From: an uncultured Verrucomicrobiae bacterium
Lineage (GTDB): Bacteria; Chlamydiota; Chlamydiia; Chlamydiales; Rhabdochlamydiaceae
Direction of reading: 5' to 3'
Length of the DNA stretch: 64,000 bases
Assembly: GCA_963731265.1 (NCBI GenBank)
Contig: CAVSUE010000002.1
Coordinates: 96,001-160,000, forward strand
The notes beneath the pieces were generated by a model, which did not search any database, was not told where the DNA came from, and worked only from the letters and a program-made list of their open reading frames with translations. How positions within the stretch are numbered: position 1 is the stretch's first letter; every line of letters begins with the position of its first letter. The position numbers and the translations under genes were made by a program. This document shows, piece after piece, positions 1-9,112 of the stretch.

Positions 1-83
1 CAGCCTTCCGAAATTGAATTTTCCCAGGTTTGAAGGAACTTATTCAAACAAAATAGAATGTACGTTTATACTGACATTTTGTA

Positions 84-1463
84 ATGAGTAGTTATATGCA
101 CCGATGGTTTTTATTTTTTATATTTTTTCTCCCTCCCTTTGCATTTTCTGCTGAAGCAAATCAAAGTCAGGAAATCCGCGTTCAACTGGCGACATCCAGT
201 CCGCTACAGACGATCTACGTAGGGAAGATTCAATCCCAAGATGCATCGTTCGATGCTTCCTACCTCGCTCAGATCGAAGCCGTTTTAACCTACGATCTCA
301 ACTATAATGGCTCAACAAAGGTCTCCGCCAAAACCCCAGAAAAAGAGCAGCTGCTCTTTTCCAAAGACACTGCCGCTGCCTTTCACCCCGGCACTTGGAA
401 AAGTTTCGGCATCCCTTTTGTGGTTCGGTTGCAGATGGCAAACCGGATGTTGGCGATTTGCGCCTTCAACTCTCAAAATGGCTCCCTTAAATCTTTTCCT
501 GAAGTCTTAATTTCCGGTGATCTGAATAAAGATCGACAACAAATCCATAAAATCGCCGATGCCATCCATAAAGCCTTGTTCAACCAGGAAGGCATCGCAA
601 ACAGCCGTATCTTATATTCTTATCAAATCAAAAATCCTCGTCCAGATGGTTCCGAATGGGTCTCAGAAATCTGGGAATGCGATTGGGATGGGGCCAATGC
701 AAGGCAGTTGACGCATGAAGGAAGCTACTCCGTGACGCCGGTTATCGTTCCTCACAGCCAGCGTTTTAGCAATGATCGTTTCTTGTACGTTTCCTATAAA
801 ATGGGCCAGCCGAAAATTTTCCTGGGATCGCTGAAAGGAGGTGCCGGCAAACGATTGATCGACCTGCGCGGCAATCAATTGCTGCCCGCCATCTCACCTC
901 AACGCGACAAAATCGCTTTCATTTGCGATGCCGGCGGACGAACGGACCTGTTTATGCAGCCGTTCAATCCTGAAACCGGCGAAGTGGGGAAGCCCGCACA
1001 ACTTTATTCCCATCCCCGTTCGACTCAAGCGTCGCCCACGTTCAGCCCGGACGGATCTAAAATCGCCTTTGTTTCCGATAAGGATAGCGGAATGCGTATC
1101 TATGTGATCCCCGCATCTGCCTCGGAGAAGCGGGCCAATGCAGTCATGATCAGCAAGCAAAATCGAGAAAATTCGTGCCCCTGCTGGTCCCCCGATGGAA
1201 CAAAATTAGCCTATAGTGCTAAAACAAATGGTATACGCCAGATATGGATATATGACTTCGGTTCAGGCGAAGAGTCTCAGCTCACTTCAGGATTAGGAAA
1301 TAAAGAGAATCCTTATTGGGGGCCTGACAGCAAGCATCTTGTTTTTAACTCAACGGATGCTTCAGGTTCAGAACTTTACATCGTCAACTTGAATCAACCT
1401 GAGGCTGTCAAAATTAGTAGAGGACTCGGTAAAAAGCATTATCCGACTTGGGGTCCTCGATAA
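84..1463 (+). CDS. tolB: Tol-Pal system beta-propeller protein TolB
   Basis: Signal peptide; PD40-type repeats (PAISPQRDKIAF, PTFSPDGSKIAFVS, PCWSPDGTKLAY); directly upstream of pal. Confidence 0.93.
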   Translation: MSSYMHRWFLFFIFFLPPFAFSAEANQSQEIRVQLATSSPLQTIYVGKIQSQDASFDASYLAQIEAVLTYDLNYNGSTKVSAKTPEKEQLLFSKDTAAAFHPGTWKSFGIPFVVRLQMANRMLAICAFNSQNGSLKSFPEVLISGDLNKDRQQIHKIADAIHKALFNQEGIANSRILYSYQIKNPRPDGSEWVSEIWECDWDGANARQLTHEGSYSVTPVIVPHSQRFSNDRFLYVSYKMGQPKIFLGSLKGGAGKRLIDLRGNQLLPAISPQRDKIAFICDAGGRTDLFMQPFNPETGEVGKPAQLYSHPRSTQASPTFSPDGSKIAFVSDKDSGMRIYVIPASASEKRANAVMISKQNRENSCPCWSPDGTKLAYSAKTNGIRQIWIYDFGSGEESQLTSGLGNKENPYWGPDSKHLVFNSTDASGSELYIVNLNQPEAVKISRGLGKKHYPTWGPR

Positions 1464-1486
1464 AAATTGAATGGAGATACAAAAAA

Positions 1487-2158
1487 ATGAAACAGACTAG
1501 AATTCTAATCCCTTTAATCTGCGCCATGGCTTGCTGCCTTCTCACAGGGTGCAAAAAAAATAACGCGGGCGGCGTGTGGGATGACGACACCACAACAGGA
1601 AATTACACAGGCAACGCCACTTCTTTATGGGGTCGCAGCGAAAGTTCGGAAGAAGATTTCTTCGGACCGAACAATGAAGATTTCATTGGCCTCAAAGATG
1701 AAGATTTACGCTCGCAGCTGGCCGACGGCGCCATTCCTCAGCCCAAAAATTCGCCTGGCGAACCAGGCAGCGGCATTCCAGGCCTCGATAGTTTCCACTC
1801 ACCAATGGGCGCCGAAGCGGCGATCTTCAAAAGTGTCTACTTTAACACCGATGATCACATTTTACGCGGCAAAGATTATACGGCGGTCGTCGAACGGATT
1901 GCGGAGTATTTGACATCCCATCGCAACGTTTATCTCTTTATTTCCGGCCACTGCGATGAACGGGGCCCCGAAGCTTACAACCTTTCGCTGGGAGCCAGAC
2001 GCGCCAATTACATCCGCTCTCTGCTCGTGCAAAAAGGAGTTGACCCAGAGCGCCTCCATACCGTTTCCTATGGAAAAGAACGTCCTGTAGATCTAGGCCA
2101 CAGCGCAGATTCATGGTCGAAGAATCGCCGCGGCGAATTCCGAATTTACCAGAAATGA
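1487..2158 (+). CDS. pal: Peptidoglycan-associated lipoprotein (OmpA-like C-terminal domain)
   Basis: Lipobox LLTGC; GHCDERG..YNLSLGARRA and SYGKERP..NRR motifs; start moved to ATG 1487 after GGAG. Confidence 0.93.
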   Translation: MKQTRILIPLICAMACCLLTGCKKNNAGGVWDDDTTTGNYTGNATSLWGRSESSEEDFFGPNNEDFIGLKDEDLRSQLADGAIPQPKNSPGEPGSGIPGLDSFHSPMGAEAAIFKSVYFNTDDHILRGKDYTAVVERIAEYLTSHRNVYLFISGHCDERGPEAYNLSLGARRANYIRSLLVQKGVDPERLHTVSYGKERPVDLGHSADSWSKNRRGEFRIYQK

Positions 2159-2167
2159 TAGGCATCG

Positions 2168-2782
2168 ATGCGAAAAATATACCTATTCACAGCAATCTAT
2201 TTTTCCGCTTGTCTCCTTGAGGCAAGGCCTCCATCGGGAATTTATAACAATGCTGAATTGGATGAATTTCGCATCGAACTCGACGATCTTAAGTATGGTC
2301 TCAACGCCATACAAGTCGAAGTGAATCTTCTGGATGAGCGTTCCAAAAAGCAGGATCGCTCCCTGGTCCAGAGCAAAGACTCTGCTCTTTTCTCATCGCA
2401 AGTCCAAGCATTGGAAAAGAAAATTTCGCAACTCGAAAAGACGTTGGAAAAAGCGGCAAATGATCTGCGCAGCTTGAACACAACGACGGCCCAGGCCTTG
2501 AGCAAAATCCAGGAGCTGGAAAAAAATTTTATCTCGCATGAAAAAAGGCTTGACGACGTTGTCAAACTCAAAGGAACGCTTGCAAGCATTTCCCAAGCGA
2601 TCAGCCAAAGATCGCCCGAGGCCCCTAGCTCGACTAAACCGTACCGCGTCAAAGCAGGGGACTCTCTAGAAAAAATCTCCCGCAACAATCATATTTCCGT
2701 CGAAACATTAAAGAAGATCAATCACCTCGCCAGCGATAAAATCGTCGTGGGCCAAGAATTGAGACTGGCTGATGAACCATGA
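2168..2782 (+). CDS. Coiled-coil plus C-terminal LysM peptidoglycan-binding protein
   Basis: C-terminal YRVKAGDSLEKIS...LKKINHL..DKIVVGQEL LysM motif; follows pal. Confidence 0.85.
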   Translation: MRKIYLFTAIYFSACLLEARPPSGIYNNAELDEFRIELDDLKYGLNAIQVEVNLLDERSKKQDRSLVQSKDSALFSSQVQALEKKISQLEKTLEKAANDLRSLNTTTAQALSKIQELEKNFISHEKRLDDVVKLKGTLASISQAISQRSPEAPSSTKPYRVKAGDSLEKISRNNHISVETLKKINHLASDKIVVGQELRLADEP

Positions 2783-3608
2783 TCCCCGTTTTGGGTGCAT
2801 AGGAATATTCGATTCGGGGTTTGGCGGCCTCACTGTGATGCGCGCCATCCGAGAGCTCATGCCCTATGAAAATATGATCTACTTCGGAGACACCGCCCGC
2901 CTGCCTTACGGGGGTAAAAGCTCCGAGACAATCCTGCGCTACTCTTTAGAAAATGCCGCTCTCCTGATCTCTGAAGGGATTAAAGCCTTGGTCATCGCTT
3001 GCAACACCTCATGTTCTGCAGCATTGGAACAAGTCCGGGCCGCGTCAGAAATTCCGGTCATCGGCATCACCGAGCAAGGCGTCGAAGAAGTTTTAAGGCT
3101 TTTCCCCAACGGCAAAGTCGCCATACTTGGCACCCGCGCCACCATCACCTCAGGCGTGTTTCAACATCAAATCATGTCTCGCAGCACCTTTTTGGAACTC
3201 TATTCTATTTCTTGCCCTTTGTTTGTCCCGCTTGTTGAAGAAGGATATATCGAACATCCGATGAGCGCGCTGATCGTCCAGGAATATTTGCGCCCTTTAA
3301 AAAATCGCGGCATCAATGGCCTCCTGCTCGGATGCACCCACTATCCCCTCCTGCAATCGATCATCCAAAACGAACTCGGACCAGAAGTCCAATTGATCGA
3401 CCCATCCATTGCTTGCGCGGAAAGAACACGAGCCATCCTCGCAGAAAAAAATCTTCTCAATCCTTCAACCAATCTCCCCCATTACCAGTTTTTTGTTTCC
3501 GATGATCCGGAAAAATTCCGCCTCCTCGGCAAAACATTCCTCAATTATCCCATCGAGCACGTCCAGCAAAAACGCGCCGAACAATTCAAAACCTCCCTTT
3601 TAAATTAA
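2772..3608 (+). CDS. murI: Glutamate racemase
   Basis: IGIFDSGFGGLTV, GDTARLPYG, IACNT and LGCTHYP motifs. Confidence 0.96.
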   Translation: MNHDPRFGCIGIFDSGFGGLTVMRAIRELMPYENMIYFGDTARLPYGGKSSETILRYSLENAALLISEGIKALVIACNTSCSAALEQVRAASEIPVIGITEQGVEEVLRLFPNGKVAILGTRATITSGVFQHQIMSRSTFLELYSISCPLFVPLVEEGYIEHPMSALIVQEYLRPLKNRGINGLLLGCTHYPLLQSIIQNELGPEVQLIDPSIACAERTRAILAEKNLLNPSTNLPHYQFFVSDDPEKFRLLGKTFLNYPIEHVQQKRAEQFKTSLLN

Positions 3609-3748
3609 TTGGGGAGTAAGTCTTCAAAAGGCGTCTCCATTCAACGGCAAATTTTTGGATGAATTTTAAGGTGTGTTGCAATAGAATTTCTCCCTGTGAA
3701 ACTCAAAATTTAATCCCGAACACTCCTTAATCAGACCAACGAGGTTTT

Positions 3749-4546
3749 ATGAATTGCCCCCTATTGTCAAAATTAATTGCCTGCCTCCTACTGATTTTCC
3801 CATGCGTGTCCGGCTTTTCAAACGAGGAAAATTTCCTTCTTATCAATGGAGAAACCGATGAAATCGTGCTCGAGCTTGGCCCCCATATTAACAAACGGAT
3901 TAGTCCCTGCTCTTCCTTTAAAATTGCTTTAGCTTTGATGGGATATGATGCAGGAATTCTCAAGGATGAAAAGAACCCCGTCTGGAATTTTCAAGACGGG
4001 TATGATGATTGGCTGGAATCATGGAGAGTTCCGCTGACCCCTGAATCTTGGATGAAATTTTCCTCCGTCTGGTATTCAAAGCTTTTGGCAATACAATTAG
4101 GGATGGGAAAGATGCAAAACTATTTAACCTCATTTGAATATGGAAATCAGAACATATCCGTGGGATTGGCAGAACCCGGAAAAACAACCCATGCTGCATG
4201 GATCAATTCTTCATTAACAATTTCTCCAAAGGAGCAAGTTGATTTCATCCAAAACATGATCCAAGGCAAGCTCTCTGTTTCAAACCACGCCATTAAAATG
4301 ACAAAAGTAATTCTATTTAAAGAGGAATTGGCTGAAGGTTGGAAATTGTTTGGGAAGACAGGATGGAGTGGTTCTGACATTACAAAAGATGGTCAAAGTT
4401 TAGAACATGGCTGGTTTGTTGGATGGATCGAAAAAGATCATCACTTCTACCCTTTCTCCTATCTCATTCGGGACAAAAAAATAAACCTCGATCAAAGAAT
4501 CCCAAGAGTCAAGCAGCTATTGATGGAATCTAAGGCCGTACTATAA
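3749..4546 (+). CDS. Class D (OXA-type) beta-lactamase / penicillin-binding transpeptidase-fold protein
   Basis: Signal peptide; SxxK (PCSSFK), SxV (SSVW), YGN, W-I-N-S-S-L-T-I-S, KTG and GWFVGW motifs. Confidence 0.88.
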   Translation: MNCPLLSKLIACLLLIFPCVSGFSNEENFLLINGETDEIVLELGPHINKRISPCSSFKIALALMGYDAGILKDEKNPVWNFQDGYDDWLESWRVPLTPESWMKFSSVWYSKLLAIQLGMGKMQNYLTSFEYGNQNISVGLAEPGKTTHAAWINSSLTISPKEQVDFIQNMIQGKLSVSNHAIKMTKVILFKEELAEGWKLFGKTGWSGSDITKDGQSLEHGWFVGWIEKDHHFYPFSYLIRDKKINLDQRIPRVKQLLMESKAVL

Positions 4547-4548
4547 AC

Positions 4549-5310
4549 ATGTCGATAGGTTGGCAATTTTATCAACCCACAGCTTCTGAGTCCTTTTATC
4601 AATCAGGCGCTTCTGAGTGCCATGAAAAAAAAATAGAGTTTGTTCATATTCCACAACGTCATCGCGAACCATTTCACGATTATGAGAGTCGTACAGAAGA
4701 AGAAATAACAAAGGTTGCTAAATCTCAATTAAAAGTTGCAGAGGCAATTAAAGACGAACTTAGTAAAAATTCTAATTGTTTTATTATCGATGAGGACTCT
4801 TCAGAAGATTTTAATATAGATTCAATTCCTGTTAGGGTATTAAATCTATTGAAAACCGCATTCAATAGCGGCTTGCCCAAGAGCTTCCAAAAGCTATCGC
4901 TTATTCAAAAGAGACTTCTATGCGAATATGGTGCCGCAAGGGTTCTGCTTGTTTCAAAAGAAATTAATGCAATTTATAAATGCATGGAAAAAGAAACAGC
5001 TGCTAAAATTAGGGAGATTTTACATACAAAAAGTCATGCTGTGCTCGAAGCAGAACATAAATTTATAAAGGATGACCGAGAGAAAGAAGTTATAAAACTG
5101 GCTCAAAAAATCATCAGGAGGCAACACCATCATCTGACAAACTTCACTTTTCTCGTGATCTTTGGTGCATCTCATGATTTTAAAGCTCATTGTGATAAAG
5201 AAGGATTTACGCATAGACGAGTTTTAGGAACTGTAAAATGTTATCCACATTATGAGGTTTCACCATATGAGCCCTCAGGAATAGGTGGATTTACCGGGGA
5301 TATATTTTAA
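4549..5310 (+). CDS. Hypothetical protein, possible Tiki/EreA/ChaN-like fold
   Basis: AT-rich 253-aa ORF; spaced PQRH, IDE, DRE and IFGASH motifs. Confidence 0.55.
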   Translation: MSIGWQFYQPTASESFYQSGASECHEKKIEFVHIPQRHREPFHDYESRTEEEITKVAKSQLKVAEAIKDELSKNSNCFIIDEDSSEDFNIDSIPVRVLNLLKTAFNSGLPKSFQKLSLIQKRLLCEYGAARVLLVSKEINAIYKCMEKETAAKIREILHTKSHAVLEAEHKFIKDDREKEVIKLAQKIIRRQHHHLTNFTFLVIFGASHDFKAHCDKEGFTHRRVLGTVKCYPHYEVSPYEPSGIGGFTGDIF

Positions 5311-5388
5311 GGCCTAAGACCGTCTTCAACGGACTCGTCGCCCGCAGATCTGAAAAAGTCTTTACACTCAAGTTGAGTATACTGTGAT

Positions 5389-6654
5389 TTAGCCGTGATG
5401 GCGTTCGTCGTAAGCTCTGTGGATGTATAGAAGGCTGAATGCCAAGAAGGCGACCGCTCCTCCAAATAGAAAAAGGGCCTGCTTGTTGATGCCTATTAAT
5501 ACTCCGCCCAGGATAGGGCTTAACATGGCGGCGATTGAGCTCATGGACTGGTTGATGCCCAAAATGCTTCCCTGGATCGAGGGAGGGGCTTTTAAGGAAA
5601 CCGTCGCGAGGCCATTTGTCCAGCAAAGAGAAGCGAAGCAGACTGCAGGAAAAAAAAATGCGAGGAACAGCGCAAGAGAATGGGAAGCGAAGGGGGTAAA
5701 CAAGAGCGCTAAGGAGATGCCAAAAAGACAGACGAGCAATGTCCTTCCCGGGAAAAAAAATTTCGCTAGAATGCGATTGATAAATAGATTGGTCAGTGAC
5801 CAGAGGGCTCCCACTCCCATCAAACAAAATGTGATCTCCTTCACATCCAATTTATAGTCCAAAATGAGAAAAGAGGGGAAAAATTGCATTGAAGCCACCC
5901 ATACAAGCATAAACAAAAAGTTCACTCCATAGATCACCCGCAATTCTTTGGTTTGAAGCCCAACGATAATGTTGTGAAAGCCTCTTAACGGGTTAACTCC
6001 TGGCTTTTTCGCTGAAGGATGCGTTTCATGAAAGAGTAAAATCATACAGATCAGGTTGATATAGGAAAAAATGGCCGTGATCCAAAAAGGGAAACTCGGA
6101 TTGAAGAAAGCATGGATGCCCGGATCGGAAAGAATTCCTCCAAAAGCAATCGCTATAATGAAGCTCAAACCCCCGACAGCGCCGATCTGCCCAAAATTTT
6201 TGGCACGCGTCACATCATCCGGGCTCATATCGGCAATGGCAGCCAAACACAGCGTCAAATTTCCGGCAAAAAAGCCTGTGGCAAACCGGCAGATAAATAC
6301 ACCGACAAGCGAGCCGGTCATAATGCTCAAGGATGTGAAGGTATAGCCTATCGCCATCCCCAAAATCGTCGCATAGAACGCCCTCTTCCGCCCAAATCGA
6401 TCGGAAAACTGGCCAATCAAAGGGGCTCCAAAAAATTGCGCTAACGGAAAAACACCTATCAGCAGGCCTAGTAGGACAGTCCGGTGAAAATAAGACGTCG
6501 TATGAGGGAGAATCGAGCTTGAATTGATGAGCAAAGGGGTAAAAATCGGATAGACGATGGCCAGCCCAAAATTGTCGAGAAAGTAAGTGAGAAGAACAGG
6601 AAAAAGAGAACGTCTTTTTTTCTTTTCCTCAAATATCATTTGACCTGTTCGCAT
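5389..6654 (-). CDS. MFS transporter, TetA/DHA1-like
   Basis: About 12 TM segments; motif A GQFSDRFGRKR; RFATGFFAG. Confidence 0.9.
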   Translation of the reverse strand: MRTGQMIFEEKKKRRSLFPVLLTYFLDNFGLAIVYPIFTPLLINSSSILPHTTSYFHRTVLLGLLIGVFPLAQFFGAPLIGQFSDRFGRKRAFYATILGMAIGYTFTSLSIMTGSLVGVFICRFATGFFAGNLTLCLAAIADMSPDDVTRAKNFGQIGAVGGLSFIIAIAFGGILSDPGIHAFFNPSFPFWITAIFSYINLICMILLFHETHPSAKKPGVNPLRGFHNIIVGLQTKELRVIYGVNFLFMLVWVASMQFFPSFLILDYKLDVKEITFCLMGVGALWSLTNLFINRILAKFFFPGRTLLVCLFGISLALLFTPFASHSLALFLAFFFPAVCFASLCWTNGLATVSLKAPPSIQGSILGINQSMSSIAAMLSPILGGVLIGINKQALFLFGGAVAFLAFSLLYIHRAYDERHHG

Positions 6655-6661
6655 AAAAAAT

Positions 6662-7387
6662 TCAGGCGCTCATTTTTTTTCCGGCTGCAAGAATGGGGGT
6701 TTCTTCGCGGAATCGATAACCCACTCCCCGGACAGTTTCGATCCAATCAAAATGCGGCCCGAGCTTTTTTCGCAGAGAGGCGATATGCACATCGATATTG
6801 CGATCGACGATAAAAGCATCATCATTGTGGATATCATCGAGGAGCTGATTGCGGGTCAACACCTTTCCCCGATTCGTGAGAAGACGCCGGAGAATGCCGA
6901 ATTCGGACAAAGTGATTGTGATGATTTTATCTCCCTTTCTAAGCAAATAGCGGTCGACCTCAAGGGTAAATTCTCCAAAAGAAATGACTTTAGGGGCCTT
7001 TTCCGGTTCTTTGCTACGGCGGAGGACGGCTTTTATCCTGGAAAAGAGGACTTTCGGTGAAAACGGCTTGGCCACATAGTCGTCCGCTCCAAGTTCCAGG
7101 CCAAGCACCATATCGAGCTCCTCTCCCTTCGCCGTCAAAATAATCACGGGAATTGCTCTCAAATCAGGATTGCTTTTGATTTTTCTGCAGACATCAAATC
7201 CATTTTGACCAGGGAGCATGATGTCTAAGATAACGAGATCGGGTTTTTCACGTTCAATCGCCCGATATCCATTGATTCCATCTACTTCGACATGCATTTT
7301 ATAGCCGGAAGCTTCCGCTTGAAGCTTGATCAAGGCAGCAATATCTTCTTCATCCTCGATCAGGAGGATTCTCTTTTTGTGGCTCAT
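6662..7387 (-). CDS. OmpR/PhoB-family response regulator
   Basis: Receiver domain (LLIEDE, LDIMLPG, GADDYVAKPF) and winged helix (RNIDVHIASLRKKL, ETVRGVGY). Confidence 0.95.
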   Translation of the reverse strand: MSHKKRILLIEDEEDIAALIKLQAEASGYKMHVEVDGINGYRAIEREKPDLVILDIMLPGQNGFDVCRKIKSNPDLRAIPVIILTAKGEELDMVLGLELGADDYVAKPFSPKVLFSRIKAVLRRSKEPEKAPKVISFGEFTLEVDRYLLRKGDKIITITLSEFGILRRLLTNRGKVLTRNQLLDDIHNDDAFIVDRNIDVHIASLRKKLGPHFDWIETVRGVGYRFREETPILAAGKKMSA

Positions 7388-7531
7388 TCTGATTACCTCA
7401 AATCTTTAATGATTTTCCTAATTCAACAGTGAAATTAATTTTTTTTCACCTACATTCTTCAAAAATCATGTTTGAGCTTGCTAACCGCGTCCATGAAGTG
7501 TAAAAGAAAAAATTATAATTAGGAGATTTCC

Positions 7532-7978
7532 ATGAAGCAAGCACTCTCCATCCTGGTCCTAGGAACAGTCTTGTGTGCGGCATGTGAGAACAAGGCAGAA
7601 ACTGGCGCCTTGGTCGGCGCTGGCGTGGGCATCGGGGCTGGCGCGCTCATCAGTCCAACACCCGCAGGTGTTTTAATCGGCGGTGCTGTAGGCGCAGTAA
7701 GTGGTGCTGTGATCGGGGCCGCGCTCGATTCTTCCGACCGGAACAACCTGCAGCAAGGATCTCCCCGAACGCTCAGAAAGGTCGATGATGGAGAGCAGCT
7801 TTCGATGTACGACATTGAGAAAATGTCTCACGCGGGAATTACCGATGATAAAATCATCGGCGCGATCAACTCCACCGGAAGCGTCTACCATTTATCATCG
7901 AGCGACGTGCAGGATCTTAAAAATGCTGGCGTTTCCCAACGCGTGATCGATTTCATGCTCCAGACTCCTTACCAATAA
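7532..7978 (+). CDS. Glycine-zipper lipoprotein
   Basis: Lipoprotein signal ending CAAC; GALVGAGVGIGAGALI/GGAVGAVSGAVIG zipper. Confidence 0.8.
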   Translation: MKQALSILVLGTVLCAACENKAETGALVGAGVGIGAGALISPTPAGVLIGGAVGAVSGAVIGAALDSSDRNNLQQGSPRTLRKVDDGEQLSMYDIEKMSHAGITDDKIIGAINSTGSVYHLSSSDVQDLKNAGVSQRVIDFMLQTPYQ

Positions 7979-8023
7979 GCTTTTCCGTTGAGAAAAACAG
8001 ACCGGCAGTTAAAATAGCATCCT

Positions 8024-9085
8024 ATGACCACAACTGAAACCATTCTAAACGAAAATGGATCCCGCCCCCGCTCGCGGCTCGACGAGCAGATGGAACGTTT
8101 ATGCAGCGACGCATTGGAAGATTTTAAACAAGTGACGCGTCAATATGCGTTCTTCCATATTCTCTTCTTCTCAATTGCCGTGTTAGAGCTTGCTGCGTTC
8201 GTCCTCTTTTTTTCTTTCCTGACAAAAACGACAATCTTTGCTTTTTCTCTAGCAGGGCTGCTCCTCACCGGCTTCACTTATTTTGTCCTGTTATTTTACT
8301 TTCAAGCCAAAAAGCCCAATCAGCTTTTTGAAGTCAGGGCCTATTTTCTCGAATCCTCTCGCTCCGTTCTTCCCTTTGAAAAAAATACTCCCGAATACCA
8401 CCTCGCTCTTGCCACCAGCCTGGAAAGGCTTCTCTCTACTTTGCACCGGTTGGAGTATTCCTATTATCAGCTTCCCACTTCTTTCAAGACGCTTTCCCCG
8501 CTCATGCAAAAATTCAGCGCCTGGACGCACTGGAAAGACCTCCACCAAATGAAAGAGCTTCTTCTCTTGATGATAATCAAAGAACAGATCGAACTGATCA
8601 AAATTCAGCCAACGCAGCTCGAAGGACATGCCCATCTCGCCAATTCCTATTTGACCCTTGCCAAACTCTATATGGACCCTCGCAAACTTTATCCCGATGA
8701 AGACCTCTTGTGGATCTCCCCTGAATATTCTTCCTTTGAGATGTTAGAAAAATTCAAGAAAGCTTCCCTGAAGGCCCTCCAGGAATATCAAATACTCGAT
8801 TCCTATGTCCCCAACGACCCCTGGGTCCACGCTCAGCTCGCCCTCATCTACCACAACCTCGATCTCTATCAGGAAGAGATGCGCGCCTATGAGGCGATCC
8901 TCAAGGTCTCTCCCCATGAGCGGGAAGTCCTCTTCCGACTCGGCGTGCTCTATTTCACACATGGCCTAAGCGCGCAAGGCTTGCGCATCTACGAGCAGCT
9001 CAAAAAAAACAACGACGCCAAAGCAGATGAGCTCATCGCCTGCTACGACGCCGCTGTGATGGATGAATACCCTGAGTTTGAATAA
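8024..9085 (+). CDS. Membrane-anchored TPR-containing protein
   Basis: Two N-terminal TM helices; C-terminal TPR-like helices (PNDPWVHAQLA, VLFRLGVLYF). Confidence 0.7.
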   Translation: MTTTETILNENGSRPRSRLDEQMERLCSDALEDFKQVTRQYAFFHILFFSIAVLELAAFVLFFSFLTKTTIFAFSLAGLLLTGFTYFVLLFYFQAKKPNQLFEVRAYFLESSRSVLPFEKNTPEYHLALATSLERLLSTLHRLEYSYYQLPTSFKTLSPLMQKFSAWTHWKDLHQMKELLLLMIIKEQIELIKIQPTQLEGHAHLANSYLTLAKLYMDPRKLYPDEDLLWISPEYSSFEMLEKFKKASLKALQEYQILDSYVPNDPWVHAQLALIYHNLDLYQEEMRAYEAILKVSPHEREVLFRLGVLYFTHGLSAQGLRIYEQLKKNNDAKADELIACYDAAVMDEYPEFE

Positions 9086-9109
9086 GGGAGGGCGGGAAAG
9101 CCCTCCCTT
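9084..9109. terminator. Hairpin between convergent genes, probable bidirectional terminator
   Basis: AAGGGAGGGC-GGGAAA-GCCCTCCCTT perfect 10-bp stem. Confidence 0.75.
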
Positions 9110-9112
9110 AAA

